This document shows, piece after piece, positions 16,672 to 26,763 of a DNA stretch of 43,550 nt (position 1 is its first letter; each line of letters begins with the position of its first letter). A model generated the notes under the pieces. That model did no database searches and was not told the DNA's origin. It saw nothing but the letters and a program-made list of their open reading frames with translations. The translations under genes were made by a program, and so were the position numbers. The stretch lies in NCBI GenBank assembly GCA_050253335.1, contig JBFWJG010000015.1, positions 1-43,550 on the forward strand. The letters run 5' to 3'. This DNA is from Deferribacterales bacterium (lineage in GTDB: Bacteria > Chrysiogenota > Deferribacteres > Deferribacterales > Geovibrionaceae).

Positions 16672-18282
16672 TTACATTTTTTTTCTAACCATATTTACAA
16701 AAGTATCATAATAAGCAATCCCGTTTCTGCTGTCCGTCAGAACGGAGGGAGTCGCGCAGTTTATATAACCTTCTGTCATCTCACGGTTTTTATAAGCGAA
16801 TATAACATCGCCCCTTAAATCTCCGCTTATCTTCGCCCTGCCGGTGAAGCTTCCTGTATCATTAAATATTTTCAGCATATCTCCATCGGCCACCTTTTCT
16901 TTTTCAGCCGTTTCCTTTGATAAATAAACAAAGGCTTCGTTCCTCCCCAGTGAAGGAGGAACCTGAGAGTTCAGGTAGTCAGCGTGAGAGCCCGTTATCA
17001 GCCTGTACCCCTTTCCTTCAAAAGGCACTGCGCTTTCAAGCGGTTTTTCTTCATATTTCCGTGAAGGCGGTTCCTTCCTCTCTATTCTTTCAGGATCCGC
17101 AATCTCCATCTTAACGCCGAGAAGCCCTGCCAGCTCCGCCGCAAGTTCGCTGTCGGACGGAAGGTCTGCAAATTTGTCACGTAATGACGGCTCGCCTTTG
17201 AAGAAGTAACTGCCCATGATGTCCTTTTGGGCGAACATTCCTCCCGCGCGGATAAGCACATCCGCATGGGCAGAGGTTTCCGTTATGTTGGTGTCAATGC
17301 TTATCAGCCTGACCTTTTTCAGCGCCTTGTGCCATTTGTCAGTTTCGGGAAAGGTAACGGCAGGATTCGCGCCAACGATTATCATAAGCGGAAACTGCTC
17401 AATAACATCAGGCAGAAGCGAGATATTCACCCTGCGCACCGGTTCCGCGGAAACTGAAGTAAGCTCCGCCTTGGAACCTCTGGCGTAATAAAGCAGATGT
17501 CCGTTCCCCGTTTTCACGGCAAGCCTGTTTATCCACCGCACAGATGCCATCCCGTTTTTATAGCGCTGGAGACCGAAGCCTGTTATGAAAGCGGTTCTGC
17601 CGTTTTCAACATAACTCCTGAAGAGCTTAAATTCCTCGTCCGTGAGCCCTGCCCGTCCTGCGAGAGCTTCGTCCCCGCTGAGGTATGCCTCACACAGAAG
17701 CCCGTCGCAGGCGGGTTTAATCTGTATGAAATCGGTTGCGTGGGGTGCCGTTTCAGTGCGTATCGGGTCTATGTAGAGAATCCGTTTCCCATTTTTTTTA
17801 AGTTTGAGAAGATAAGAGAAAAGATGCTGACTGACAACCTTTGCGTTTCTGCCGAAAATGATTATGTTGTCAGCATTCTGCATATTTGCGGCAGGCGGGT
17901 TTTCGCATGCGCCGAAATCATATTCATGGGCGCTTTCCCCTGTTATGTCGCATGGGTTGCCGTCCAAAAACACAGCACCGCTTATTTTTGAAAAAAGAAC
18001 ATCCCACCAGCCCATTGCATAACCAAGACTGCCGGAGCCCCGCATATACAGAAACTCCTGCCCTTTGAGGGATTTGATGAGTTCCGCCGCTTTTTTCAGT
18101 GATTCAGGGTCAAACTCCGCGCCGCGGGTTATCTCCCTCTCGTAAAAGCCTTTCAGCTTGGAACAGACAAAGCCGTTCCGCCCGTCTTTTTCCTCGGCGG
18201 GCTTAAAAGAAACCTCTCCTTCCTTTTCCTCGATATAAAAATCACAGAGATCCGGGCAGTCCTTAGAGCAGAATGTCTTCAT
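16672..18282 (-). CDS. Molybdopterin-dependent oxidoreductase catalytic subunit
   Basis: N-terminal Fe-S motif CSKDCPDLC...C, GANPAVTFP, TETSAHADV, and a C-terminal dinucleotide-binding domain (LNSQ). Confidence 0.85.
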   Translation of the reverse strand: MKTFCSKDCPDLCDFYIEEKEGEVSFKPAEEKDGRNGFVCSKLKGFYEREITRGAEFDPESLKKAAELIKSLKGQEFLYMRGSGSLGYAMGWWDVLFSKISGAVFLDGNPCDITGESAHEYDFGACENPPAANMQNADNIIIFGRNAKVVSQHLFSYLLKLKKNGKRILYIDPIRTETAPHATDFIQIKPACDGLLCEAYLSGDEALAGRAGLTDEEFKLFRSYVENGRTAFITGFGLQRYKNGMASVRWINRLAVKTGNGHLLYYARGSKAELTSVSAEPVRRVNISLLPDVIEQFPLMIIVGANPAVTFPETDKWHKALKKVRLISIDTNITETSAHADVLIRAGGMFAQKDIMGSYFFKGEPSLRDKFADLPSDSELAAELAGLLGVKMEIADPERIERKEPPSRKYEEKPLESAVPFEGKGYRLITGSHADYLNSQVPPSLGRNEAFVYLSKETAEKEKVADGDMLKIFNDTGSFTGRAKISGDLRGDVIFAYKNREMTEGYINCATPSVLTDSRNGIAYYDTFVNMVRKKM

Positions 18283-18289
18283 ATTTCAT

Positions 18290-19234
18290 CTACCTTATAT
18301 CAATCACGTATTTTTCGGTTATATTGTCCTCGTTCATGGCCATTCCGGGCAGAACCTGCGCTCCTTTTATGGCGGCGTCAAGGGGAACGCAAAGCCTGCC
18401 GCCGTCTTCCTCAAAAATCAGATCAGCTGAAAGCGAGGCGGACTTCACGGCTCTGAAAGTGAAATCAGAAGCCTCAGAGGCTTTAACACCGATCACATTC
18501 CCCTGTTCTATGTAACATTTAAGTGTTTCTCCCCTGCTGTTTTCCGCAGAGCAGTTTTCATAATACCTGTAATCCAGATTCTTTGTCATTTTCTCAAACT
18601 CTTTTCTGTCGGGGAAGAGATAAAAATCCAGAGATTTGCCCGAGGAAAACTCCACTGTGTATTCGCTCCGGCCGCTTCCCCCTTCAAAAGTCACCGCCCA
18701 CGCTGTGTTGGCGGGGAGGAATGTCCTTGTGTCGGAAACCGTCAGGTTCTGCCGGAACGTTTTCTCCAGTGTGTTTTCAAACCTTACCCTGTCTATTCCG
18801 CAAACTCTGGAATACATATGCCTGTCTGTGGCGACAAGCTGAGTCTCGACACCGGCGTTCCAAAGCAGGGATGAAACAAGTATGCTGAGATCCTCGCAGT
18901 CTCCTGCCATCAGCGCCAGCGTTTCTTCCGGCTTCTGAATAAGCTCAAAGCCTGCCGGATCGCTAAGATAGCTGATTTTCTGCTGAACAAAGGCATAGAT
19001 TTTCGCCGTTTTGCATTCAGTGTCCGCACAGCCCCGCGTAAGCTCCGCCGCCAGTTTCCTCAGCTTCGGGCTGTTTTTCTCAACAGCGTTTACATAAGGC
19101 TGAAAGCCTTTGCGCGTGTATCTCTCAGGCATGTCGCCCTCATAAACGGGCATCTCCTTCTTCCCGCCGAAAAAAAGCACTGCAAACGCCGCGGCAAACA
19201 GCATCAGGGAAAGCATGAGCATTTTCGGACGCAT
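18290..19234 (-). CDS. Membrane-anchored transglutaminase-like cysteine protease domain protein
   Basis: ISYLSDP...QKPEETL...GDCEDLSIL...HMY; N-terminal hydrophobic anchor. Confidence 0.8.
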   Translation of the reverse strand: MRPKMLMLSLMLFAAAFAVLFFGGKKEMPVYEGDMPERYTRKGFQPYVNAVEKNSPKLRKLAAELTRGCADTECKTAKIYAFVQQKISYLSDPAGFELIQKPEETLALMAGDCEDLSILVSSLLWNAGVETQLVATDRHMYSRVCGIDRVRFENTLEKTFRQNLTVSDTRTFLPANTAWAVTFEGGSGRSEYTVEFSSGKSLDFYLFPDRKEFEKMTKNLDYRYYENCSAENSRGETLKCYIEQGNVIGVKASEASDFTFRAVKSASLSADLIFEEDGGRLCVPLDAAIKGAQVLPGMAMNEDNITEKYVIDIR

Positions 19235-22035
19235 TAAAGCTCCATATCCACAGTCATCTCACTGCCGTCCCGCTTAATCCTGAGCTTAACGAAACTGCCT
19301 TCCTTCATGTAGAACAGGGCTATTTTAAGATCCTCAAGGGAGTTTACCTCAAAGAAATCTATACCGGTTATCACGTCCCCGACCCTGAGCCCCGCCTTTG
19401 CGGCAGGTGTGTCATCACCTATTTCAGTAATCTCCGGCGATGAGTCAGGATCTTTCACAGCCACGCCCAGCTTGGGCGCCGTCGCTCCGTCCAGTCTGCC
19501 GGGATAAAGCACAAAATCCGCTATGCCTTTTTCCGCAGGCTCGTCCTGAACTATGGAAATATATTTCAGCCCTGTACGCCTTTTAACCCTTTCAGGCACA
19601 CCGTAACCCTTTCTTATGTGACCGTTTCCGGCGAGGACAACAAGCATTCCGTCATTATTCCTCAGGTAGTCCGCCACTGTCTCGGCCATTGTTTCATCCC
19701 AGAGAAGCTGAGCCTCGAGGAAATTTTCAAACACCTGTCTTGACGGGTGCATATCGAATATCCCTTTCAGATCCTCTCTGTAGCTTGGGTCTGCATAATC
19801 TATCTCCGAGGCGGTGTGCTTTCTCTCATCCTCCGTGAGGCTGAAGAGACCTTCCGATGCGGTCTTTTTTGTGGCCTCCGCAGGGGCGTTGAGGGCTATT
19901 ATCCTTATGCCGTGCTCTCTGGCATAGGTAAGGATGGGCTTGTAAAGGTGATAGTCATAACGCCAGCGCTTGTAATATTCCGTCTGTTTCAGCATCATCC
20001 GCTCATCCGCCGTGCCTTCGACAAAGTCATCCAGCGCCTTCTGGAAAGGAAGCTGGAACATCTCCATTCCTATCGCGATTCTGCCGTACTTCTCGTGCAG
20101 GAGTTTTATCATCGCCAGCTGATTTGCGTGGTGGGAGTGTTCGTCATGCTTCTCGCCGATGAATACAATCCTTGTTCCCTCAGCCTCCGCCGCAATCTCC
20201 TCAAGGGTCATGGCGGAAGATACCCTGAAGGCGAACTCCCTGTTCTTTATCTCGTAAATAACGCCGTCCTCCGTGCGTTCCGTCTCTTTCTTCACATTGC
20301 GCCCCTTAACAAAAACAAGTTCTCCGTATTTTCCGTAATGCGGCAGTCTGCGGCATACACCCTCAAGCCCGTCCTTATCACCGCTGACGGAGATCACGGC
20401 GTTATCCGTGCCGAAAGGGTTTTTATACGCCTTTATCAGCAGTCCGGCACCCTTCTCAGGTGCACGGCCGAAATATTTTCCGTAAAAGCTGTCCGGAACT
20501 CCGGCAAGCATGACGGAATGATCCTTGTAGTCCTCAAGTCTGAACCCGTCATAGGAAACACGCTTCACTTCGCCCTGCTCGCTCACATCCGCAAGGCAGT
20601 CAAAGCCTTCCGCACCCGTGACAAGCACTTTCTTTGACGCGCCGAGATATGTGCCGAGAACAGGGGGTATCTCGGAGGCATAGAGAACACGGGGCACGTC
20701 ATAGTAAGGATCTACGGCGAAGCTCAACGGCTCGGCATCAGTTGCCAGTTCAAACTTTTTGCTTGAGTTGTCGCTGCGGAGAATGAAATCCTTCTGCCCT
20801 GTGACTGTCTTGATGCTCACAGGCACATCCGCAACGAAGTCACCCCCCCTTCTCACAAGGTTAAAGGAGGTTATGTATCTTCCGTTTTCCGATCTTATGT
20901 CTATTTTCTCCGCCGAATACTCCGGCAGGCCTTTTGCGTTTATCCAAGTATCGAAAAGAATGCCCGCCTCGTCTCCTGCGGTTTTCACAAACGCTCTTTT
21001 CCAGTCTTCCCATGAGGCTCTCTTTCCTGCGTTTTCCTTCACGAAGAGCCTGACGGCCTCAAGGAACCTGTCATTGCCGTAGGTACGTTTAAGCATGTGG
21101 AAAAACATCATCGATTTATTATAACCCACAGCGGAACCCGCCCTGCCGTGGCGGGAGCGGAACTCCGAAAGCGGAAAATCTGTTTCATTGTCAGTGTATG
21201 CGGCGTATGAAACCAGCGCATTTTTGCGGTAGTCCTTCCCTTTCCACTCAAGCTCGTCATAGTAGTAGTCAGCCATGTATGTGGTTATGCCTTCCGCCCA
21301 GTTGCCCTTTTCATAATCGATCCCGACCGAACCGCCGAACCACTGATGGAGTATCTCATGCCCCAGAGAGGTTTCTGTTATGAAAGGAAGGGGAATAACG
21401 GCGGAACCGAGGGCGGTGAACCCTTCAAACGCGTATCCCACGGGATAGGGCACCTCAACGGCGGTGAAAGACTCATAAGGGTATCTGCCGATAAGTTCTG
21501 TGTACATTTTTATGTATTCGGCGCTTTTCCGCAGATATTCTTCCGCAAAAGCGGCGTTGCTTTCTGAAAATACTGTCCTGACATACACGCCTTCTGTTTT
21601 GGTTTTCTGAATGACGGCGTCCCTGACTATCACGAGTGCCGGCTTTCTCACTGCGTCACGGCTTCTGAAAGAGAAGACTCCGTTTACCGACGACTGCTCG
21701 CCTTCAAAAACCGGATAGAAGCCTTTGGGAAGGGTGAGCTTCAGCATATAATAAGCTTCGCCCTTAGGTACGGGAAACCACGGACCAAAAGCGCTGTGAG
21801 GGGTTCCCTCGAAGCTTATCTCGGTTCTGCCCGCGGGGAGAGTGAACGAACCGTCCGCAGTCTCTGCCCCTTTGATGCTGTAGCCTTCCGTCTCAAACTC
21901 AAGCGGCAAATCCGATGTCCACGCCGCCCTGCCCTTCACCGCAGTTCCGGAGTATGTCAGCTCAATGCTGTATATATTTGCCGCAAAAGCATTAAAAGAT
22001 AAAAATATAAATAACAGGGTGATAATATGCTTCAT
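19234..22035 (-). CDS. Exported M1-family aminopeptidase + ChaN-like domain + PDZ fusion
   Basis: Signal peptide; HEILHQWFG...WAEGITTY zinc motif; ChaN-like FIGEKHD...GMEMF...WDETMA...AGNGH; PDZ PAAKAGLRVGDVI. Confidence 0.85.
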   Translation of the reverse strand: MKHIITLLFIFLSFNAFAANIYSIELTYSGTAVKGRAAWTSDLPLEFETEGYSIKGAETADGSFTLPAGRTEISFEGTPHSAFGPWFPVPKGEAYYMLKLTLPKGFYPVFEGEQSSVNGVFSFRSRDAVRKPALVIVRDAVIQKTKTEGVYVRTVFSESNAAFAEEYLRKSAEYIKMYTELIGRYPYESFTAVEVPYPVGYAFEGFTALGSAVIPLPFITETSLGHEILHQWFGGSVGIDYEKGNWAEGITTYMADYYYDELEWKGKDYRKNALVSYAAYTDNETDFPLSEFRSRHGRAGSAVGYNKSMMFFHMLKRTYGNDRFLEAVRLFVKENAGKRASWEDWKRAFVKTAGDEAGILFDTWINAKGLPEYSAEKIDIRSENGRYITSFNLVRRGGDFVADVPVSIKTVTGQKDFILRSDNSSKKFELATDAEPLSFAVDPYYDVPRVLYASEIPPVLGTYLGASKKVLVTGAEGFDCLADVSEQGEVKRVSYDGFRLEDYKDHSVMLAGVPDSFYGKYFGRAPEKGAGLLIKAYKNPFGTDNAVISVSGDKDGLEGVCRRLPHYGKYGELVFVKGRNVKKETERTEDGVIYEIKNREFAFRVSSAMTLEEIAAEAEGTRIVFIGEKHDEHSHHANQLAMIKLLHEKYGRIAIGMEMFQLPFQKALDDFVEGTADERMMLKQTEYYKRWRYDYHLYKPILTYAREHGIRIIALNAPAEATKKTASEGLFSLTEDERKHTASEIDYADPSYREDLKGIFDMHPSRQVFENFLEAQLLWDETMAETVADYLRNNDGMLVVLAGNGHIRKGYGVPERVKRRTGLKYISIVQDEPAEKGIADFVLYPGRLDGATAPKLGVAVKDPDSSPEITEIGDDTPAAKAGLRVGDVITGIDFFEVNSLEDLKIALFYMKEGSFVKLRIKRDGSEMTVDMEL

Positions 22036-22243
22036 CTTCCACCTTCAAATCAGTTAATAACCCTTAGTTTCACATATTTAAGTGTCAGATCAAAGACAAT
22101 TTTCATCATAATTCGTCACCGTTTTTTTTATTTTTGTTTCCCATAAAGTTAGAAAAATAAGTCTGCTAAATTCAGCTTGCAAAGAACACAAATTAAGTAA
22201 AAAATATATCATATACACTCAATCTTATTTCAGGGGTCAAATC

Positions 22244-24100
22244 ATGCAGTTTTTCAGGGATGTTTCCCTCAGGGTCAAGCTTCTGGGCATCTACTTTTTC
22301 GGGCTTGTTCTTCTGGGGGCTGTGGGCTACGGGCTGTTTATTTATACCGAAGTGCAGAACTACTACACGGACAAAGCCGTTTTCAGCACACAGGGCAGGT
22401 ATTTTCAGGAAAAATCATTCCGCCACATGAAATACACAATGGATCTCCACGGAATACTCACCCGTCTGTACTCCGCAGCGGGGGATCCGGCGAACAACAA
22501 GGAGAACATAGTCAAGGAATTCATCAGCAATGTGCTTATCCTCAGTGACGACAGCTACTCCTTCGCCATATTCGACTTCAACGGCAGTCTTGTCGCCGCC
22601 AACGGGAGCGATTTTAAAAAGCTCATGGAGTCAAATGCCGAAAACAGAAACAAACTGAACGGGCTCATAAAAAGAGCCTTTGAATCCCGAATGCACGGAG
22701 CGTTCGCCGACTTCACCTCGGAAAGCGGAACCATAAGCTACTTCATCAACACCATGTACTTTGAGCCGCTGGACTATTACATACTCTCGCTGGATAAAAC
22801 CCAGCGGACAGAGGAAAACATAGACAGCATACTCAGCGAGAAGCGGATGCGGATCATTAAGTCCGTGGTGATATGCTTCCTGCTCGGTCTCGCCGCCACA
22901 ACCGTTGTTGTCGGTGTGCTTTATTCCTATCTCAAAGGGATGACTAAAAATATCAACAGGATAACCCGCAGCATACAGGATCTGGGTTCTGCGGGGATAA
23001 TAGAAACCAAGCTTGAGGCCGTCAACAGGGACGAAATAGGGCGCATGATAGCCGCATTCAACGACTATCTCCAGAAGCGGCTCAACATGGAGCAGTTCAA
23101 GCAGCTCATAGAAGAGGATAAGAACATTCACGACGTTTATGTCAGGGTTTTCGGCCTGCTTAACAGCTTCGGGTTCCACGATTTCGCCATATACGAAGTG
23201 GATGACTCAAAAAATAAAATCAACTATCTGAACCATGAAATCTGCGGCGATGTCTGCACCCTTGAACCCATGCCCTGTTCGGACGACATATTGATCAGCC
23301 CTGAGGAGTGCAGATGCAAAAGACTGGCGCAGACTGTTTTCGGTTCCGCCGATTTCAGAGCCTGTCCCAAATTCCTCGGCTATGAGAAGGGCAGAAAGCA
23401 TCTGTGTATGCCCATTATCATAGCGGGTTCGGTGGGCGAGGTTGTGCATGTCACCGTTAAGCCTGAAAATGAGGAGATGCTGAAAAGCTCTCTCCCCCTT
23501 CTTCAGGATTATCTGAAGAACGCATCCCCTGTCATAGAAAGCAAAAAGCTGCTGAAAAACCTCCGTGAAACAACCCTGAGAGATCCCCTCACGGGGCTTA
23601 ACAACCGGAGATTTCTCGAAGAGTTTACGGAAATCCTCACGGCGGACACAAAACGCAGGCAGAAAAACATGGGCATACTTATGTGTGACCTTGACTATTT
23701 CAAAAAGGTGAACGACGATCTCGGACACGAAACAGGGGACAGAGTGCTTCAGATTCTTGCGACTATCATGAAGGGTTCCGTCCGTTCATCCGACATTATA
23801 ATCCGCTACGGCGGCGAGGAGTTCCTGATAATCATAAAAGACGCTGAGGATGACGAAAGCGTAATGAGCGTGGCTGAGAAAATCAGGCAGAATATGGAAG
23901 CTCACGAAATGCGTGTAAGCCCGCATGTGACACTGAAAAAGACCCTGAGCATAGGCGTTTCCATTTTCCCCAAGGATACTGAAAACTTCTGGCAGGCAAT
24001 CAAGTTTGCGGATATATCACTCTACAAGGCGAAAGAAGCGGGCAGAAACAGAGTAATGCGCTTCACCAAAGATATGTGGACGCACGAAACGGAATATTAA
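22244..24100 (+). CDS. Membrane diguanylate cyclase (HAMP + GAF-like + GGDEF)
   Basis: DPLTGLNNRR, DLDYFKKVND, RSSD I-site and RYGGEEF; two TM segments; HAMP motif DEIGRM. Confidence 0.92.
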   Translation: MQFFRDVSLRVKLLGIYFFGLVLLGAVGYGLFIYTEVQNYYTDKAVFSTQGRYFQEKSFRHMKYTMDLHGILTRLYSAAGDPANNKENIVKEFISNVLILSDDSYSFAIFDFNGSLVAANGSDFKKLMESNAENRNKLNGLIKRAFESRMHGAFADFTSESGTISYFINTMYFEPLDYYILSLDKTQRTEENIDSILSEKRMRIIKSVVICFLLGLAATTVVVGVLYSYLKGMTKNINRITRSIQDLGSAGIIETKLEAVNRDEIGRMIAAFNDYLQKRLNMEQFKQLIEEDKNIHDVYVRVFGLLNSFGFHDFAIYEVDDSKNKINYLNHEICGDVCTLEPMPCSDDILISPEECRCKRLAQTVFGSADFRACPKFLGYEKGRKHLCMPIIIAGSVGEVVHVTVKPENEEMLKSSLPLLQDYLKNASPVIESKKLLKNLRETTLRDPLTGLNNRRFLEEFTEILTADTKRRQKNMGILMCDLDYFKKVNDDLGHETGDRVLQILATIMKGSVRSSDIIIRYGGEEFLIIIKDAEDDESVMSVAEKIRQNMEAHEMRVSPHVTLKKTLSIGVSIFPKDTENFWQAIKFADISLYKAKEAGRNRVMRFTKDMWTHETEY

Positions 24101-24969
24101 CCCTGAACCATGCACAGGGCGGCGGCTCCCAAAAGCCCTGCCCTGTTCTTCGCGGCGGCGGTTTCAATAACGACTTTATCCTTGAGCGCCGGAAAGACTA
24201 TTCTCGAAAACACCTTCACGGCAGTATGCAGGTAAGCGTCCGACATTTCCGAAAGCCCGCCGCCTATCTTTATTTTAAGCGGGGCAAACAGATTGGCAAT
24301 GCTCGCCATCCCGTGGGCGAGGCTGTTTGCGTATTTCTCAAAGGCCAGCTCCGCCACCTTGTCCCCCATCTTAAACTGCTTATAGACATCCGCCGCCTTG
24401 AGGAACTTCACATCCGCGCTGAGTTCGTTGTAGCTGCGCACAAGACCGCTCATGCTGCAGTAGTATTCAAAGCAGCCCCGCTTGCCGCAGCCGCATTTCT
24501 CGCCGTTAAAATTGAGGGTGATGTGCCCCACCTCAAATGCCGCGGATTCTGATGTCACAAGGGTTCCGTCCAGTATCAGCCCGCCGCCTACACCTGTTCC
24601 CAGCGTGAGCAGGATCATGTTTCCGGTGCTTTCCGTTTCAAAGAAGATATATTCGCCCAGAGCGGCGAGGTTCGCATCATTCTCGATGCTTACCGGAAGC
24701 TCGGTGAGGGCGGCTATATCCGCCTCTAGGGGGTGACCGTTCAGAACCGGGAGATTAGGGCAGTAGGCGCTGCCGTCACTGACATTTCCGGGTATGCCGA
24801 TTCCCACCGCGGAACAGGAATTGTTCAGGGAGAAATCCCGTATGGTTTTTATGAGCTCTTCGTATGTCTGGGGGGTTTTTCCGGACTCATATTCAAGGAA
24901 GATTCCGTTTTCATCCACCACACCCATTTTCAGGTTTGTGGCGCCTATATCAAAGCAAGCGTATTTCAT
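24097..24969 (-). CDS. ROK-family sugar kinase (glucokinase-like)
   Basis: DIGATN, ENDANLAALGE, LGTGVGGG and EVGH...CGCGKRGCFE motifs. Confidence 0.92.
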   Translation of the reverse strand: MKYACFDIGATNLKMGVVDENGIFLEYESGKTPQTYEELIKTIRDFSLNNSCSAVGIGIPGNVSDGSAYCPNLPVLNGHPLEADIAALTELPVSIENDANLAALGEYIFFETESTGNMILLTLGTGVGGGLILDGTLVTSESAAFEVGHITLNFNGEKCGCGKRGCFEYYCSMSGLVRSYNELSADVKFLKAADVYKQFKMGDKVAELAFEKYANSLAHGMASIANLFAPLKIKIGGGLSEMSDAYLHTAVKVFSRIVFPALKDKVVIETAAAKNRAGLLGAAALCMVQG

Positions 24970-25994
24970 TATTTCATCCTGATAAACGGAAAGAGGGATT
25001 CAAGCTCCTCCCTTTCGCCGGGGTCAAAGCCCATTAGTTTTTCCCAGAGAGAGGAATGCTCCATGCAGAAGTATATGAAAACATTTTTCCACCTCTTCCT
25101 TAAAGATCCTACCACACTTTCGAGCATGTGCGCCCGCAGAGGTTTGAAATAGCGCATCTTGCCGTCCAGCCCCTTTGTGTAGTCCCCTTTGAGAAGCATG
25201 CTTCCGCCGAACTTATCCCGCACCGTTGCGAGGAGTTCCGGCATAAAGCGGAATGTGGAAACGCTTATGAACTGCACGGCAGACTCATCAACATATCCGG
25301 CAAGCTGTTCCGCGAGAGCGTCATAGTCCTTTTCAAACCCTTCGTAATATATCACCGGATCAAAGTGAAAAGAAACCCTGTAGCCGTATGCGGAAAGTTC
25401 CCTCGCCGCACTGAGCCTCGCTTTCAGAGGCGCTGCCCCGTGTTCCTCACGCTTTATCACATGCTCAGGATTCAGGCTCCAGCTTATCACAATATTCTTC
25501 GGATTTAAGTTAAAGAGTTTTGAAACATTTGCGGACTTGGTTTTGAGCTCAAACTGTATATTGTCATACTCATTCACCACAGGCACAAGGATTTCGCTCA
25601 GACCGAGCACATTGTCCAACGCAAGGCTGTCCGAAAGCTCACCCGTGCCGAGACGCACCCGCTCACCCTTCGCGCCGAGCGCCCTTATTTCAGACACAAT
25701 GGCGTCAGTGTCCCCGTAAACCTTTATGTATGAGTGATTAAGGTATGACTGGAGTATGCAGTATGAACAGTCGAACGGGCAGCCCTCCGCCGCATCAGTG
25801 ACGTAGTAATTGCAGCATCGGTATATCTTTGTGGCGGGGCACCTGTGCACGTAATTATTACGGGAGGAGGATATGAGGATATTCTTCTTGCTGTCCTCCG
25901 GGATGAAGCCGTCCTCAACTGAAACCACTTCATTTTCCCGCGCGATTTTACGGGCAAGGGGCAGGTTTTCTGCTGATTTCTCAATATATATCAT
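24969..25994 (-). CDS. Spore photoproduct lyase-family radical SAM protein
   Basis: CPFDCSYCILQ, GTGELSDSL, ELKTKS, SWSLNP, FHFDP, DGKMRY and YFCME motifs. Confidence 0.85.
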   Translation of the reverse strand: MIYIEKSAENLPLARKIARENEVVSVEDGFIPEDSKKNILISSSRNNYVHRCPATKIYRCCNYYVTDAAEGCPFDCSYCILQSYLNHSYIKVYGDTDAIVSEIRALGAKGERVRLGTGELSDSLALDNVLGLSEILVPVVNEYDNIQFELKTKSANVSKLFNLNPKNIVISWSLNPEHVIKREEHGAAPLKARLSAARELSAYGYRVSFHFDPVIYYEGFEKDYDALAEQLAGYVDESAVQFISVSTFRFMPELLATVRDKFGGSMLLKGDYTKGLDGKMRYFKPLRAHMLESVVGSLRKRWKNVFIYFCMEHSSLWEKLMGFDPGEREELESLFPFIRMK

Positions 25995-26763
25995 TGTCTT
26001 TCAGAAACTTAAAAAGCTCAGAAGCCTTTGTTCTGTTTTCAAAGAGCCTTTCGCATTTCTCCGCATACTCGCCGAAGGAGGAGGCTGTGAAGGTAAAGGT
26101 TATTTCCGGAGTTTCAAATCCGCAGCGGCTTGAGGCCTCCGCGCCTAAACCCGAAGCAAGCCCGCGGAACTTTTCCTCAAAACCTGTCCTCAGGCTTCTG
26201 CGTTCTGTTTCCAGCTTGTTTATCAGTGACATATCTGAAGGGTCAATATCCCTGTCCGCATAGTCGGTCAGGATCTCCGCCGCTGTCCTGAATGCGGATA
26301 CGGAAGGCTGGGACTTGGAAAAAATATGAAGAAACTCTTTATGGGATTCAGGGAGCGAGGCGTACATTCCGGCTGTTTTCATTGACGGCTCCTTCGCTCT
26401 CACATACTCAAGGAAGCTTTCCGGCGCGGTGCATAAAATTTTCAGGGATGAGACATTTTTCGCGCCCTTTACCCTCTCTGCCACAGCTTTGATTTTATCA
26501 GGATCACAAAAGCTTTCGGCAAGGATAATCATGCGCCCCAGATCAACAATATCGGGTTCGCCGTGGAGACTGAGGGAGAGATCGAAGGCTTCGTTGATAT
26601 TCAGCAGTCCCGCATAGAAAAACGAATCCGACTCTCTGCCGAATCCGCTGAGCCTGTACATCACACCGTTTATCTCCGCCGTGACAGGAGGAAACGGGCC
26701 TTCCCGCTCCTTATCCTTCCAGCGGAAATCGGCGGTTCTGAAGTCAGCCTTTATCAGCTTCAT
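25981..26763 (-). CDS. Hypothetical protein, translationally coupled between ftsY and the SPL-like gene
   Basis: Open frame overlapping both neighbours. Start placed at MKLIKADF. Confidence 0.65.
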   Translation of the reverse strand: MKLIKADFRTADFRWKDKEREGPFPPVTAEINGVMYRLSGFGRESDSFFYAGLLNINEAFDLSLSLHGEPDIVDLGRMIILAESFCDPDKIKAVAERVKGAKNVSSLKILCTAPESFLEYVRAKEPSMKTAGMYASLPESHKEFLHIFSKSQPSVSAFRTAAEILTDYADRDIDPSDMSLINKLETERRSLRTGFEEKFRGLASGLGAEASSRCGFETPEITFTFTASSFGEYAEKCERLFENRTKASELFKFLKDNDIY

